A DNA stretch of 64,000 bases, taken from assembly GCA_965204535.1 (NCBI GenBank), contig OZ241996.1:1-64000 (forward strand), in the 5' to 3' direction. The notes beneath the pieces are model-generated. The model was not told the DNA's origin and did not search any database. It saw nothing but the letters and a program-made list of their open reading frames with translations. Positions 32,989 through 42,832 of this stretch are shown one piece after another; within the stretch, counting starts at the first letter, position 1, and each line of letters begins with the position of its first letter. Both the position numbers and the translations under genes were made by a program. The stretch is from a bacterium (GTDB lineage: Bacteria > UBA8248).

Positions 32989-34200
32989 TCAGGCAGTGGA
33001 TTCCGGTTCAGGACTTCGTCTTTGCAAGGACAAAGCCAAAACAAAACCCACAAGCAAAACGATTGGAAGCGTCCAAAAAGCATTCAACATTCCGATTCTT
33101 TCCCCAAGAATAGAAAGAGGGAGCGCTGTTAATCCGGCCAATAATGTACCACCACCCAGTATCAATGAGCTTGCGAAGCCCCGATGCTCTGGCAAGTACT
33201 CTTGGGATAAGGCAACAGATACGCCCATTGGCACAAAAGCGCCTGCACCAATGATTGCCAGAGATATATAAGACCATTCCAAGGAAGATAATTGAAAAAC
33301 CAACATACCGGCCAAGGCGCATCCAACGCCGATTGTAATCACTTTAGGCTTCCCGTACCTGTCACCTAAAATACCACCGAGCATGACGCCTATAGCTCCT
33401 GAGATAAAAATGATCGAGTTAGCCATGCCACCTCGCCAAAGCCCAAAACCCCTTTCAACAAATATCGTAGGCAAAAAGCCCGATAAATTCATCAAGGTCA
33501 TCCCCCGCACAACCGCAATACCGAACAGGAGCAGTACAGGACCTCGTACATTTTTAAGCGCTATTATCAAACCCGTTTGCCCGCCTCCTGCGTAATTTTT
33601 TTTCTTTCTCTGGGGCGGAGCCGGCATCCCTAATTTCACACCCGCCATGGCGAGCACCGCCACAAGAATGAACACCCACAAATGCTCCATCCCTATCATT
33701 TCTGCGATAAAAATGGCGATCAACGGACCAATTGCGAAACCCAGCCTTCCCGCCGTAACGAACAAGCTGACAATAAATCCAGCATGTTCGGAACTCAGCC
33801 TGCCCGCACGCGCGGCCATATCCGGGTGGCATAGCCCAAAAAGAATTCCTCCCATGATTACTGCAGCGGCCAAACCATATACGCTCGTCACCCAACCAAT
33901 CGCTGTAAAAGCTATGGAACTTCCGATTAGGCCTACGGTTAGCCAGGGTAACCAAGGCCACCTGTCAATGACGATACCGGTGATGGGTTGCGTGATAGAG
34001 CCACTCACTGTCTGACAAGAAATCAAAAAACCGATTGTCGTGATACTGAGTCCTAATTTTTCTTTTAATAATGGGGCAAGGGGTGCGAAGAAATTGGCCT
34101 GGCTATCCACCACGAAATGCGCAAAGAAAATGAAGCCTGTTCCGGCCCAAGGTAAAGTGCGCAAGGATGGCTTTTCTGAATTCTTGGGGTTGTTATTCAT
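32989..34200 (-). CDS. MFS transporter (Fsr-like)
   Basis: HFVVD, HPD, GRLGFAIGP and GDRYG motifs. Confidence 0.85.
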   Translation of the reverse strand: MNNNPKNSEKPSLRTLPWAGTGFIFFAHFVVDSQANFFAPLAPLLKEKLGLSITTIGFLISCQTVSGSITQPITGIVIDRWPWLPWLTVGLIGSSIAFTAIGWVTSVYGLAAAVIMGGILFGLCHPDMAARAGRLSSEHAGFIVSLFVTAGRLGFAIGPLIAIFIAEMIGMEHLWVFILVAVLAMAGVKLGMPAPPQRKKKNYAGGGQTGLIIALKNVRGPVLLLFGIAVVRGMTLMNLSGFLPTIFVERGFGLWRGGMANSIIFISGAIGVMLGGILGDRYGKPKVITIGVGCALAGMLVFQLSSLEWSYISLAIIGAGAFVPMGVSVALSQEYLPEHRGFASSLILGGGTLLAGLTALPLSILGERIGMLNAFWTLPIVLLVGFVLALSLQRRSPEPESTA

Positions 34201-34202
34201 AT

Positions 34203-35201
34203 CTACCTTGGGGCCAGGGCTATTAGCGTACGTTCGACTGCTTCTTGATAACTCTCACCCGCCAACACGGGGTCTATCATCAAGGCTGGCATGTCCACTC
34301 CGGCATCACAGAAAGCCGCCAAGCGTTCCCGGCACCTCTCTGGCGGGCCGACAAGACAAAATTCATCGATGATAGCGTCAGTTATCCCATCTCTCAAAGC
34401 TTTTTGATCACCACGTTCGAAGGCTCGTTTTATGGATTCCGCCTCTTGTTCATAACCGCTTTTCCGAATCGAATTGTTGTATGCGGGAAGTCCCAACCAA
34501 TATGTCAATGTTTGGCGGGCAGCTTCTCTCGCGAAGTTGAGGTCGTCACATAAGAAGGTATGTATCCCAAGATCAATCTCTACATCACGGGGATTTCTAT
34601 CTGCTAGTTTCACGCCTGCGCCTCTCGCTTCCAAATATGCGCCCATTCTTGATAGCGGAACCATATACGGCAACAATCCATCGGCTATTTCTCCGCCAAG
34701 CTCTGTCATCTTTGGGCCGACGGCTGCTATGTAAATTCGGACCGGATAGTTTGAGCGCCTGAATTTCAACTCCTCTCCCTGGTAAGTCTGGACAGGAAGA
34801 GGATACACAGGCTCACCCTCCAGTACACCTTTCACCTCATTCACATATTTCCGCATATCTTCGAGAGGATTTCCGGGCTCTATCCCCATCGCTTTGACCC
34901 GAGGCGGGTGCCCAAGCCCGAGACCTAAGATATAGCGGCCGCCGGAGATTTCGCTGATCGCCGCCGCGCCTTGGGCCGCCATGGAGGCATGGCGCAAATA
35001 AATGATGGCAACCGAACTCCCGATCTCGATCCTGGACGTGTATGTCGCCATCAACTGATTGATGGCCAAGGTGTCCGTCAAAGATTCTGTCGTATAAACA
35101 CGATCATATCCTAATTCCTCCCCAAGCCTGGAAACCTCTCCTAATCCCTTCAAGGAAATGTCCGCAAACGTGAGAAGCCAAAACCCGAGGCGATGCGTCA
35201 T
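34203..35201 (-). CDS. LLM-class (luciferase-like) flavin/F420-dependent oxidoreductase
   Basis: SGGRYILGLGLG and IYIAAVGPKMTELGGEIADG. Confidence 0.88.
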   Translation of the reverse strand: MTHRLGFWLLTFADISLKGLGEVSRLGEELGYDRVYTTESLTDTLAINQLMATYTSRIEIGSSVAIIYLRHASMAAQGAAAISEISGGRYILGLGLGHPPRVKAMGIEPGNPLEDMRKYVNEVKGVLEGEPVYPLPVQTYQGEELKFRRSNYPVRIYIAAVGPKMTELGGEIADGLLPYMVPLSRMGAYLEARGAGVKLADRNPRDVEIDLGIHTFLCDDLNFAREAARQTLTYWLGLPAYNNSIRKSGYEQEAESIKRAFERGDQKALRDGITDAIIDEFCLVGPPERCRERLAAFCDAGVDMPALMIDPVLAGESYQEAVERTLIALAPR

Positions 35202-35237
35202 ATCAAACCCTTCCGTAAACCATGTCCTTGGGCATAC

Positions 35238-35999
35238 TCATTGGCATAATCGACCCCCATCCATCAATATGACTGCCCCGTTCATATATGATGCTTCATC
35301 AGAAGCCATGAATACAGCGCAATCGGCGATTTCTTCCGGAGCAGCAAATCGCCCCAACGGTATATTACTCATTAGTCTCTCTCGTCTATCTGCTTGCGTT
35401 TCCACGCGGTGCTTCGTCCCCTCACTCAGAGTCGTTCCCGGAGCTATCGCATTCACCCGAATCCCTTTGGGCCCGAGTTCTGCTGCATGAGCCTTCGTCA
35501 TCAGGTGCATGGCCCCTTTCGTAGCACAATAGAGCGAATTATCGGGTACTCCTGCCTCGCCGGATGTCGAGCCGATGTTGATGATCTGACCATCTGCCCT
35601 GGGAATCATGTGCTTGGCTGCCAATCCACTCAGAAGGAACGAGGCCATCGCATTGACCTGAAAAAGCGCGACTACTTCGTCATGCGTAATTTCCTCTACG
35701 GGCTTGTTACAGCGCACCCCGGCGCAGTTCACCAAAATATCGAGATTACCCAGATGCATCAGGGCGCGACTCATCAAAGGAGCCGCATTCGCCAGGTTCG
35801 ACAAATCCACCCTCTCGCCGGCCGCCGATATTCCTTGGGCCTTGCAATAAGCGAGGGTCGACCCCAAAGCTCTCTGGTTTCTGCCACCCGCCAAATATAG
35901 TGAACAACCCTCTTCGGCGAAACGCCTTGAGATGGCGGAGCCGATTCCCACCGAGGCTCCGGTGATCAAGGCCGTCTTTCCTTGCAGTCGCAATCGCAT
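35238..35999 (-). CDS. SDR family oxidoreductase
   Basis: TGASVGIG, NCAG, YCATK, NAIAPG. Confidence 0.92.
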   Translation of the reverse strand: MRLRLQGKTALITGASVGIGSAISRRFAEEGCSLYLAGGRNQRALGSTLAYCKAQGISAAGERVDLSNLANAAPLMSRALMHLGNLDILVNCAGVRCNKPVEEITHDEVVALFQVNAMASFLLSGLAAKHMIPRADGQIINIGSTSGEAGVPDNSLYCATKGAMHLMTKAHAAELGPKGIRVNAIAPGTTLSEGTKHRVETQADRRERLMSNIPLGRFAAPEEIADCAVFMASDEASYMNGAVILMDGGRLCQ

Positions 36000-36013
36000 A
36001 TCGAATAGTTCCT

Positions 36014-36562
36014 TTACTTTAACGGAGGCTCTGTTCCTTCCGGCACTTGTAGTTCAAATGCGTTGAGCGTCATCGAGACGGTCGTGTAATGCCCGATAAG
36101 ACCGATTAACTCCACCAGCCCACGCTCTCCGAAATGCTCGAATGCATTCTGGTAAATCTCATCGCTCACGAAGTGATTTTTGTGCAATGCGATACAAAAA
36201 TCATAGACCGCTTCTTCATCGGCGGCCATTGTCTCGGGTCGCCTGTTCTCCTGAACCGCCTCGATAATCTCGGGGGATAAACCTCCCTTCCTGGCCAAAG
36301 GCTCATGGGCGTACCATTCGTATTGCGAACCCCAGAACCGGGCGGTGATCAAAATCGCAAACTCGCTCAGCCTGGGCTCGAAGAGGGTGTCATAGCGTAG
36401 GTAACGCCCCGTTTCTTCCAGCTTTTCAAGATAAGCCGGGCTTTTCAGCCACGCCAGAAACGGGCCGCGTACGCCTCCTCTGGGGCCGGAGTCGATTTTC
36501 TCATAGAGGTTTCTCTGCACCTCCGTCATCTGTTCCATTGGTGTCTCGGTCAAACGTGCCAT
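36014..36562 (-). CDS. Carboxymuconolactone decarboxylase-like protein
   Basis: GPRGGVRGPF and YEWYAH; AGGAG RBS before ATG 36562. Confidence 0.82.
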   Translation of the reverse strand: MARLTETPMEQMTEVQRNLYEKIDSGPRGGVRGPFLAWLKSPAYLEKLEETGRYLRYDTLFEPRLSEFAILITARFWGSQYEWYAHEPLARKGGLSPEIIEAVQENRRPETMAADEEAVYDFCIALHKNHFVSDEIYQNAFEHFGERGLVELIGLIGHYTTVSMTLNAFELQVPEGTEPPLK

Positions 36563-36781
36563 CGGTATGAGTTCTCCTATAGACTGAAAACGTGCGCGAA
36601 CATTCACCCTCCACCTGCTACATAAGAATTTCACAGGTTGCAAGGCGATGCTTAGTCTGATAAGCAGTTAACAAGGCTGCGGCCGGCGCGGCCAACTTGA
36701 ATTTCTGGAAATGTACTTGGAGTGAAGGGCCCCCACCTGTTTCACCTCTACCCATTTCCAAAATATGCAGGAGATCAGCAA

Positions 36782-36997
36782 GTGCCAGAAGGAACAGTGA
36801 AGTGGTTCAATGACGCGAAGGGCTATGGATTCATTTCGCAGACGGATGGTGACGATGTTTTCGTCCACTTCTCCGCCATCCAGGGAGAGGGCTTCAAAAC
36901 CCTGGAGGAAGGACAAAACGTGAACTTCGAAATTGTCCAGGGCCCGAAAGGGCTTCAGGCGGCCAACGTCACAAAGGGGGGTGACTCCGAAGAATAA
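36782..36997 (+). CDS. Cold-shock protein
   Basis: [24 protein letters not shown]; AGGAG RBS, GTG start. Confidence 0.96.
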   Translation: MPEGTVKWFNDAKGYGFISQTDGDDVFVHFSAIQGEGFKTLEEGQNVNFEIVQGPKGLQAANVTKGGDSEE

Positions 36998-37018
36998 CCC
37001 TCGTATAGAGAAAACCCG

Positions 37019-37050
37019 AAACGACGGCTCACCCGGGCCGTCGTTTTTTT
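37019..37050 (+). terminator. Rho-independent terminator
   Basis: AAACGACGGC / GCCGTCGTTT stem followed by a T-run. Confidence 0.8.
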
Positions 37051-37157
37051 GTCCGCCGATATGACTCTCCCCCGCTTGCGGGAAGGTTGAGCCTCCATGA
37101 TATAACCCCATCGGCAGGACATCCAGGCGATCGACAACATAGCAAGAAAGGCATTTC

Positions 37158-38261
37158 ATGCGCGACGTCATTATCATCGGTGGCGGCATCATGGGTCTCC
37201 TCACGGCGAGAGAACTCCGCAAAACGGGCAGGAGCGTCACCATCATCGAAAAGGGCCGGCCCGGAGCGGGCGCCACCTGGGCTTCCGCCGGCATCATTTC
37301 CGCACACGGGACGAGCGGCTCCGCCGATATCGCCGGCCCCCCGGGTCTCAAGCTCCGGACTGTCTCCTATGAAGAATGGCCCCTCCTCGCGGAAGCCATC
37401 GCCGAGGAAAGCGGAACGGACATCGAATACCGCCTCACCGGCGTATTGCTGATCGCCCTGGACGAGGCGGAAGCGCAATCCATACAGGAAAAAGCCCGTG
37501 CGCGCGAGTGGGGCGAGGCGGAGTGGATGCCGCCCGGCGTTTTGCAGGCCGAAGAGCCCTGCCTTTCAGATGAATTGTCGGGCGCGCTCCTTGTAACGGG
37601 CGGAAACCTTGAAGTCAGAAAGCTCGGGCCCGCGCTCGAGCTCGCCTGCAGGCGGGCGGGGGTGGAGATCATCACCGGATGCGCGGCCGAGGAAATCCTG
37701 AGCGACGGCGATAAAGTCACCGGCGTCCGCACGGATGGCGGCGTTCAAGAGGCGCCCGCCGTCTTCATCTGCGCGGGGATAGGCAGCCGCAGCGTGCCGG
37801 GCGCCGCTCCCCGGGCGCCCATCACCCCCCAGCGCGGGCAGATGCTCGCCATGGACGCCAGAGCGCTCGGGCTTGAGCGCGTGGTGCTGACCGTGAACGA
37901 CCCCTACCTCGTGCCCCGCGCCGACGGCCGCGTTCTGCTGGGCGCGACGAGGGAGTTCGCCGGCGAGGACCCGAGGCTTACCGTGGGCGGGGTGGCCTGG
38001 CTGCTGAGCGAGGGCATCCGTGTCGCGCCCGGAATCGCCTCCTGCGCCATCGAGGAGACCTGGAGCGGCTTCCGGCCCACCTCCTCGGACTACCTGCCCC
38101 TCATCGGAAAGGGAGCGCTCGAGGGCCTCTACTTCTGCACCGGACACGGGCCTTCGGGGATCGGGCCTGCGCCTGCGAGCGTGAGGCTGGCGACGGCGCT
38201 CTATCTGGGAGACGCCCCGCCGCTCGATCCGGCGCCCTATGACCCGATGCGCTTCGCGTAG
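37158..38261 (+). CDS. FAD-dependent glycine oxidase/DAO family oxidoreductase (ThiO-like)
   Basis: IIGGGIMG, GATWASAGI, RGQ, YLVPR, WSGFRP, TGHG. Confidence 0.85.
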   Translation: MRDVIIIGGGIMGLLTARELRKTGRSVTIIEKGRPGAGATWASAGIISAHGTSGSADIAGPPGLKLRTVSYEEWPLLAEAIAEESGTDIEYRLTGVLLIALDEAEAQSIQEKARAREWGEAEWMPPGVLQAEEPCLSDELSGALLVTGGNLEVRKLGPALELACRRAGVEIITGCAAEEILSDGDKVTGVRTDGGVQEAPAVFICAGIGSRSVPGAAPRAPITPQRGQMLAMDARALGLERVVLTVNDPYLVPRADGRVLLGATREFAGEDPRLTVGGVAWLLSEGIRVAPGIASCAIEETWSGFRPTSSDYLPLIGKGALEGLYFCTGHGPSGIGPAPASVRLATALYLGDAPPLDPAPYDPMRFA

Positions 38262-38499
38262 CAAATGCGGGGAAATGCGGGCTTCAAAAAAACTTTTTTA
38301 ATTCGATAAATTTCCATAAAATCCTAATGTGTCACTTTAATATATGCCGGTAACTTGCTATACTAAAATCATATATATCGTTAGTTCGACTCCAAAACAA
38401 TTTCAGAAATTTATCGATATTTACGGGAATTATCAAGGAAAGTTGACAGAGCCGCCCTCCCGCCACGATTTAGACGGGAGGGGGTTTGTTGCGCTAATT

Positions 38500-38676
38500 C
38501 TAAACCTCTACTACGGGTGCGTCAGCGGAAGATTTCACAAGGCCGATCCCATGTTCACAATCGGCCTTGTTTTTGTAACCCTCGCCACTGCTTGCGATTA
38601 TATCAACATTGTTTCCAGACCTCAGTCGCCAGCGCCATTCGTTCCTTGCATCTTTATACATTTCATATCTCATCAT
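38500..38676 (-). CDS. YegP/DUF1508 family small protein
   Basis: YEMYKD...WRWRLRSGN..IIASSGEGYKNKADC; AGGAG RBS. Confidence 0.85.
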   Translation of the reverse strand: MMRYEMYKDARNEWRWRLRSGNNVDIIASSGEGYKNKADCEHGIGLVKSSADAPVVEV

Positions 38677-38914
38677 GAATTCTCCTAAATTCAAACCATT
38701 TGCTTGTAGCTATCGTTACAAGGGAAAAGAATGTGCCACGGAAATCATGGCAGAGAGCTTCGAAGATGCTGAAGCCCGTTTGTCTGCTCTCCATTTTGGG
38801 AAAGTAGATGGCGAAATCATGGCCGTAATTCCCGTGACACCTACTACTGCGCCCACCACAAAAATTCTTGTGCGGGCGATAACTTACATACGCAATCTCC
38901 TTTCCGGGCGTTGA
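38675..38914 (+). CDS. Hypothetical protein (transposon cargo)
   Basis: 79-aa ORF with protein-like composition, SYRYKG..AESFEDAEARL. Confidence 0.55.
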   Translation: MNSPKFKPFACSYRYKGKECATEIMAESFEDAEARLSALHFGKVDGEIMAVIPVTPTTAPTTKILVRAITYIRNLLSGR

Positions 38915-39043
38915 TTGTAGATTTTCCTATTTGAAAAAGGAGCATATAACTATGCAAACCAAGCTAAGAGAAATTTTGATTGATATGATTTCCCCTATTC
39001 TTCAACTGGCCTTGGTCTTATTTGTTTTGTGGCACTTCAAAAC

Positions 39044-39391
39044 TTAGGTGGTTGTCTTGTCTATTTCTTTTTTGAACTCCCGCATTTTGTTCAGAGCGCG
39101 GAAAACTGACCCGCTTCCTCCAGCTAATAAAAAAGCCGTAATTACATATCCTACTTCAGTGGGAACTTGGCTTTTCATGCTCACTGCATTTAGACCCATA
39201 AACAATAAATCTATTTTCAGACCGAGGGTAATCGCTAAGCCGCCAGCTAAAATAAGTAGAGATTTGAACCCTAGCCCGGTCAAATATTTCTTGAACCATC
39301 TAGAGTTGAAAACAAACCCTGCGGCTTCTTCAAGAATGAGTGCCAAGAAGAACCATACCCACAAAAACTTCACCATTAAGGTCCAGTCCAT
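39044..39391 (-). CDS. Small 3-TM membrane protein (transposon cargo)
   Basis: AGGAG RBS; three hydrophobic segments and a basic C-terminal tail. Confidence 0.7.
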   Translation of the reverse strand: MDWTLMVKFLWVWFFLALILEEAAGFVFNSRWFKKYLTGLGFKSLLILAGGLAITLGLKIDLLFMGLNAVSMKSQVPTEVGYVITAFLLAGGSGSVFRALNKMREFKKEIDKTTT

Positions 39392-39564
39392 TTCAGTTTC
39401 TCCTATTTTAGGCGGGCGACCCGTTTGACATTGTTAGCACTCCATGATGACTGCTGTCAATACCCTTTTTCAGTGGTTTTCAGGGGGCGGAAAAAAAGCA
39501 TAAACGAAGAAGAGAAAATTATCAACAAAAGGAGAAATATAGGCAAAAATGCTTAAAAGAAGAG

Positions 39565-39593
39565 TTGACAAAATCATTATAACTCTGTATAAT
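39565..39593 (+). promoter_or_regulatory. Perfect-consensus sigma70 promoter upstream of the transposase
   Basis: TTGACA (39565)-17 bp-TATAAT (39588); GGAGG RBS at 39609. Confidence 0.8.
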
Positions 39594-39620
39594 ATCAGTA
39601 GTTTATATGGAGGATAAATA

Positions 39621-40568
39621 ATGAAAAGAGTTGCAGAAACAGTTGGTTTATTTGATTTAATGGAAGAGTATTCGACGGATACGAAGGCGAGGAAGTATTT
39701 TGAGCATCTTCGGTGGGGAGACACTCCAGTTTGTATTAAATGTGGAGGTTTCCAGAAGATTACGAAACAGAAGAAGTACCCTGGCCGTTACTGGTGCGGG
39801 GATTGCAGAAGCTATTTTACAGCACTTACCGATACTCCGCTTGAATACGCAAAGGTGAAACCGAGGAAATGGATTATGGCGGCTTATATTCTTATGACGG
39901 CGCGGAAAGGCGTTTCTAGTCTCCAGTTGAGCAAAGAGCTTTCAGTTTCTCAGCCTACAGCATGGTATATTCTTCATAGGTTGCGGCTGGCGTGTGAAGG
40001 AAGCATGGAGGCTTTGAGAGGCGAAGTCGAGGCCGATGAGACGTATCTTGGAGGCGTAGATAGGAATAGAAAGCACAGCAAGAAGATTAACCCCGGAAGC
40101 GGCTCCAAAAAAGATAAGGTTTCCATCGTTGGGGTAAGAGAAAGAGGGACTGGCCGGGTAAAGGCTCAAATGGTTCCAAATACTAAGGGCGAAACTCTAC
40201 AGAATTTTGTTCGAGAGAATATCATCCCAGGGTCTACCCTCTATACGGATGAAAATCGGGGATACACCTACCTTGGCGAAAATTATGGCGGCGAATATAA
40301 GCATGAGCGAGTGAAGCATTCAGCTAAGGAATTTGTAAACGGCATGGCGCACACGAATGGAATTGAAAGCGTGTGGGCTGTTCTCAAACGTGGATTCAAT
40401 GGTGTTTATCATAACTGGAGTAAAAAGCATTGCCGAGCCTATGTGAACGAATTTACTTTCAGGTTGAACGAAGGTAATTGTGAGATTGACACCAAGGATC
40501 GGCTGGATTCTTTGTTCAGAGCAATGGTCGGAAAGAAAATTACTTACGATGAGTTAACGGCGGATTAG
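39621..40568 (+). CDS. IS1595-family (ISXO2-like) DDE transposase
   Basis: Zn ribbon CIKC/CGDC, GVSSLQLSKEL HTH, VEADETY, YTDE, HTNGIESVWAVLKRG, YVNEFTFRLN. Confidence 0.95.
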   Translation: MKRVAETVGLFDLMEEYSTDTKARKYFEHLRWGDTPVCIKCGGFQKITKQKKYPGRYWCGDCRSYFTALTDTPLEYAKVKPRKWIMAAYILMTARKGVSSLQLSKELSVSQPTAWYILHRLRLACEGSMEALRGEVEADETYLGGVDRNRKHSKKINPGSGSKKDKVSIVGVRERGTGRVKAQMVPNTKGETLQNFVRENIIPGSTLYTDENRGYTYLGENYGGEYKHERVKHSAKEFVNGMAHTNGIESVWAVLKRGFNGVYHNWSKKHCRAYVNEFTFRLNEGNCEIDTKDRLDSLFRAMVGKKITYDELTAD

Positions 40569-40599
40569 GTTATTTTAGAAAAAGATTTGGTGGGATGGT

Positions 40600-41570
40600 A
40601 TGAGTCTAAATCAAAACTTGCATAAGGCACAGAAACAAAAGAATGACGAATTCTATACTCAGTTGACGGATATTGAAAAAGAACTCAAGCACTATAAAGA
40701 CCATTTTCGAAACAAGGTTGTTTACTGTAACTGCGACGATCCGACTATGAGTAACTTCTTTCAATATTTCTGGTTGAATTTCAATGTCCTTGGATTAAAG
40801 AAGTTGATAACAACTTGTTACAAAAGTCAGAACCATGAACTTTTCAGTCGCCATGATCAAGAGAAATCTCTTGGTATAATGCTTGCAAGAGAGAAGATTG
40901 TTTACCGGACATAAACGTATTTCGATTGCAGGGCGATGGAGATTTTAGAAGTCAGGAATGTATTGAGTTATTAAAACAATCAGATATTGTTGTAACAAAC
41001 CCTCCTTTTTCATTATTCCGCGAATATGTTGTTCAGCTAATAGAATATGAGAAGAAGTTTCTCATTATCGGGGACCAGAATGCGATTACTTATAAAGAGA
41101 TATTCCCGTTTATTAAAGAAAAAAGAATCTGGTTGGGTGTCGATAACGGTGGAACAAAATGGTTTGAGGTAAACCCTGATTATGAAATCAAAACAAAAAG
41201 CAGAGAAAAGTTTGAAAACGACAAGAAATACTTCAGTAAAGGCAGCATTATGTGGTTCACCAATCTTGACTTTAAGCAACGTCATGAAGATTTGATTCTT
41301 TATAAGCGATATACGCCGGAAGAATATCCCAAATACGATAATTACGACGCCATTAATGTAGACAAATACAAAGAAATTCCTATGGATTACGATGGAGCTA
41401 TGGGCGTGCCTATCACCTTTTTGAATAAATATAATCCAAATCAATTCGATATAATTGGTATGGATAGGCCTCTTGTAAAAGAATTGATAGGCAAACAAAG
41501 TAGATTCTTGATCAATAAAAAAGAAATTTTTGCAAGAATCGTCATCAGAAACAAGAGACTCCAAACATGA
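40600..41570 (+). pseudogene. EcoRI-family adenine methyltransferase, frameshifted near 40870
   Basis: 5' ORF has NDEFYT and VYCNCDDP; the -1 frame has GDGDFRS, VVTNPPFSLF and MGVPITFL. Confidence 0.85.
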
Positions 41571-42649
41571 AAATTGAATTGAGAGAAATTCTGGTTAGAG
41601 AATTTGTCGAGGGTTATAGCGATGACGGCGAAGGTGGCGTTAGAGGCTATGGTGGCAGACTGGATATACGGCCACCATATCAGCGCGAGTTCGTTTATAA
41701 AGACAAACAGCGAGACGCCGTAATCGATACGATCAATAAAGGGTTTCCCCTGAATGTAATGTATTGGGCAGTTCGAAATAATGGAACTTTTGAAATTATT
41801 GACGGCCAACAACGCACAATTTCTATTGCTCAATACGTGATAGGAGATTTTTCATTCGAAGGCCGATATTTTCATAACCTTCAAGACGATGAGGAAAATA
41901 GAATACTGAACTATCCTCTTATGATTTATCTTTGTAGCGGAACTGATAGTGAAAAGCTGGAATGGTTCAAGACAATCAATATTGCGGGGGAGAAACTGAC
42001 CGATCAGGAATTGCGTAACGCGGTTTACGCTGGCTCCTGGGTTTCAGACGCCAAAAGATATTTTAGTAGGAGAGGGGGTTCTGCCTATGGCGTTGGGCAT
42101 GATTATCTGAATGGGAGGGAAATAAGGCAAGAATATCTTGAGACAGCAATTAAATGGATAAGTAGAGGCAACATTGAAGATTATATGGGGCAGCATCAAC
42201 ATGATGAAAATGCTGAGTCTCTATGGGATTATTTTCGTTCAGTAATTGATTGGATTGAAAAGGTCTTTACAAAGAAACGAAAACCAATGAAAGGTGTGGA
42301 TTGGGGAAGTCTCTACAACGAATATAAAGACGAACAACTCGACCCAAACGAAATTGAAGCTGAAACCGCAAGGTTAATTCAAGACGAAGATGTTACAAGT
42401 CAATCAGGCATATATCCTTATATCCTCACCCGTGAAGAGAAGTATTTGAGTATTCGTAAATTTAGTGATGCAATAAAGCAGAAAGTTTATGAGCGGCAAG
42501 GGGGCCAATGTAAGATGTGCTTTGAAACATTTGATATTGAAAAGATGGAGGCAGATCATATAACCCCTTGGAGTGAGGGCGGTAAAACGATTGAAGAGAA
42601 CTGCCAGATATTGTGCAAGGAATGTAATCGAAGAAAAACGAATAGGTAG
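41567..42649 (+). CDS. DUF262 (GmrS/ParB-like) plus HNH endonuclease
   Basis: PPYQREFVY, IIDGQQR, FKTINIAG; C-terminal CKMC..ADHITPWSEGGKT..NCQILCKECN; ATGA overlap with the MTase stop. Confidence 0.92.
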   Translation: MKIELREILVREFVEGYSDDGEGGVRGYGGRLDIRPPYQREFVYKDKQRDAVIDTINKGFPLNVMYWAVRNNGTFEIIDGQQRTISIAQYVIGDFSFEGRYFHNLQDDEENRILNYPLMIYLCSGTDSEKLEWFKTINIAGEKLTDQELRNAVYAGSWVSDAKRYFSRRGGSAYGVGHDYLNGREIRQEYLETAIKWISRGNIEDYMGQHQHDENAESLWDYFRSVIDWIEKVFTKKRKPMKGVDWGSLYNEYKDEQLDPNEIEAETARLIQDEDVTSQSGIYPYILTREEKYLSIRKFSDAIKQKVYERQGGQCKMCFETFDIEKMEADHITPWSEGGKTIEENCQILCKECNRRKTNR

Positions 42650-42655
42650 AGTGAA

Positions 42656-42832
42656 ATGAAAGCGCTAAATACAAAAGAAAAATTGGATAAATTATTTGGC
42701 TTGATGTTTAGCCGAGGGAAGCTAGACAAGGAACCACCTGCCCCTACGAAAGAAGACTTTGAAAGAAAATTCAGAATTGATTTTGGGCTGGATGGTAATC
42801 CTAAATTTGAAGAAGTAGAAGAAGAGGATTAG
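42656..42832 (+). CDS. 58-aa hypothetical protein at the transposon right end
   Basis: MKALNTKEKLDKLFGLMFSRG...EEVEEED; starts 6 nt after the HNH stop; too short for the ORF track. Confidence 0.55.
   Translation: MKALNTKEKLDKLFGLMFSRGKLDKEPPAPTKEDFERKFRIDFGLDGNPKFEEVEEED

Noticed and set aside
40860-40926. Programmed -1 frameshift in the methyltransferase
   Set aside because: No X XXY YYZ slippery heptamer or homopolymer tract at the junction; an indel is simpler
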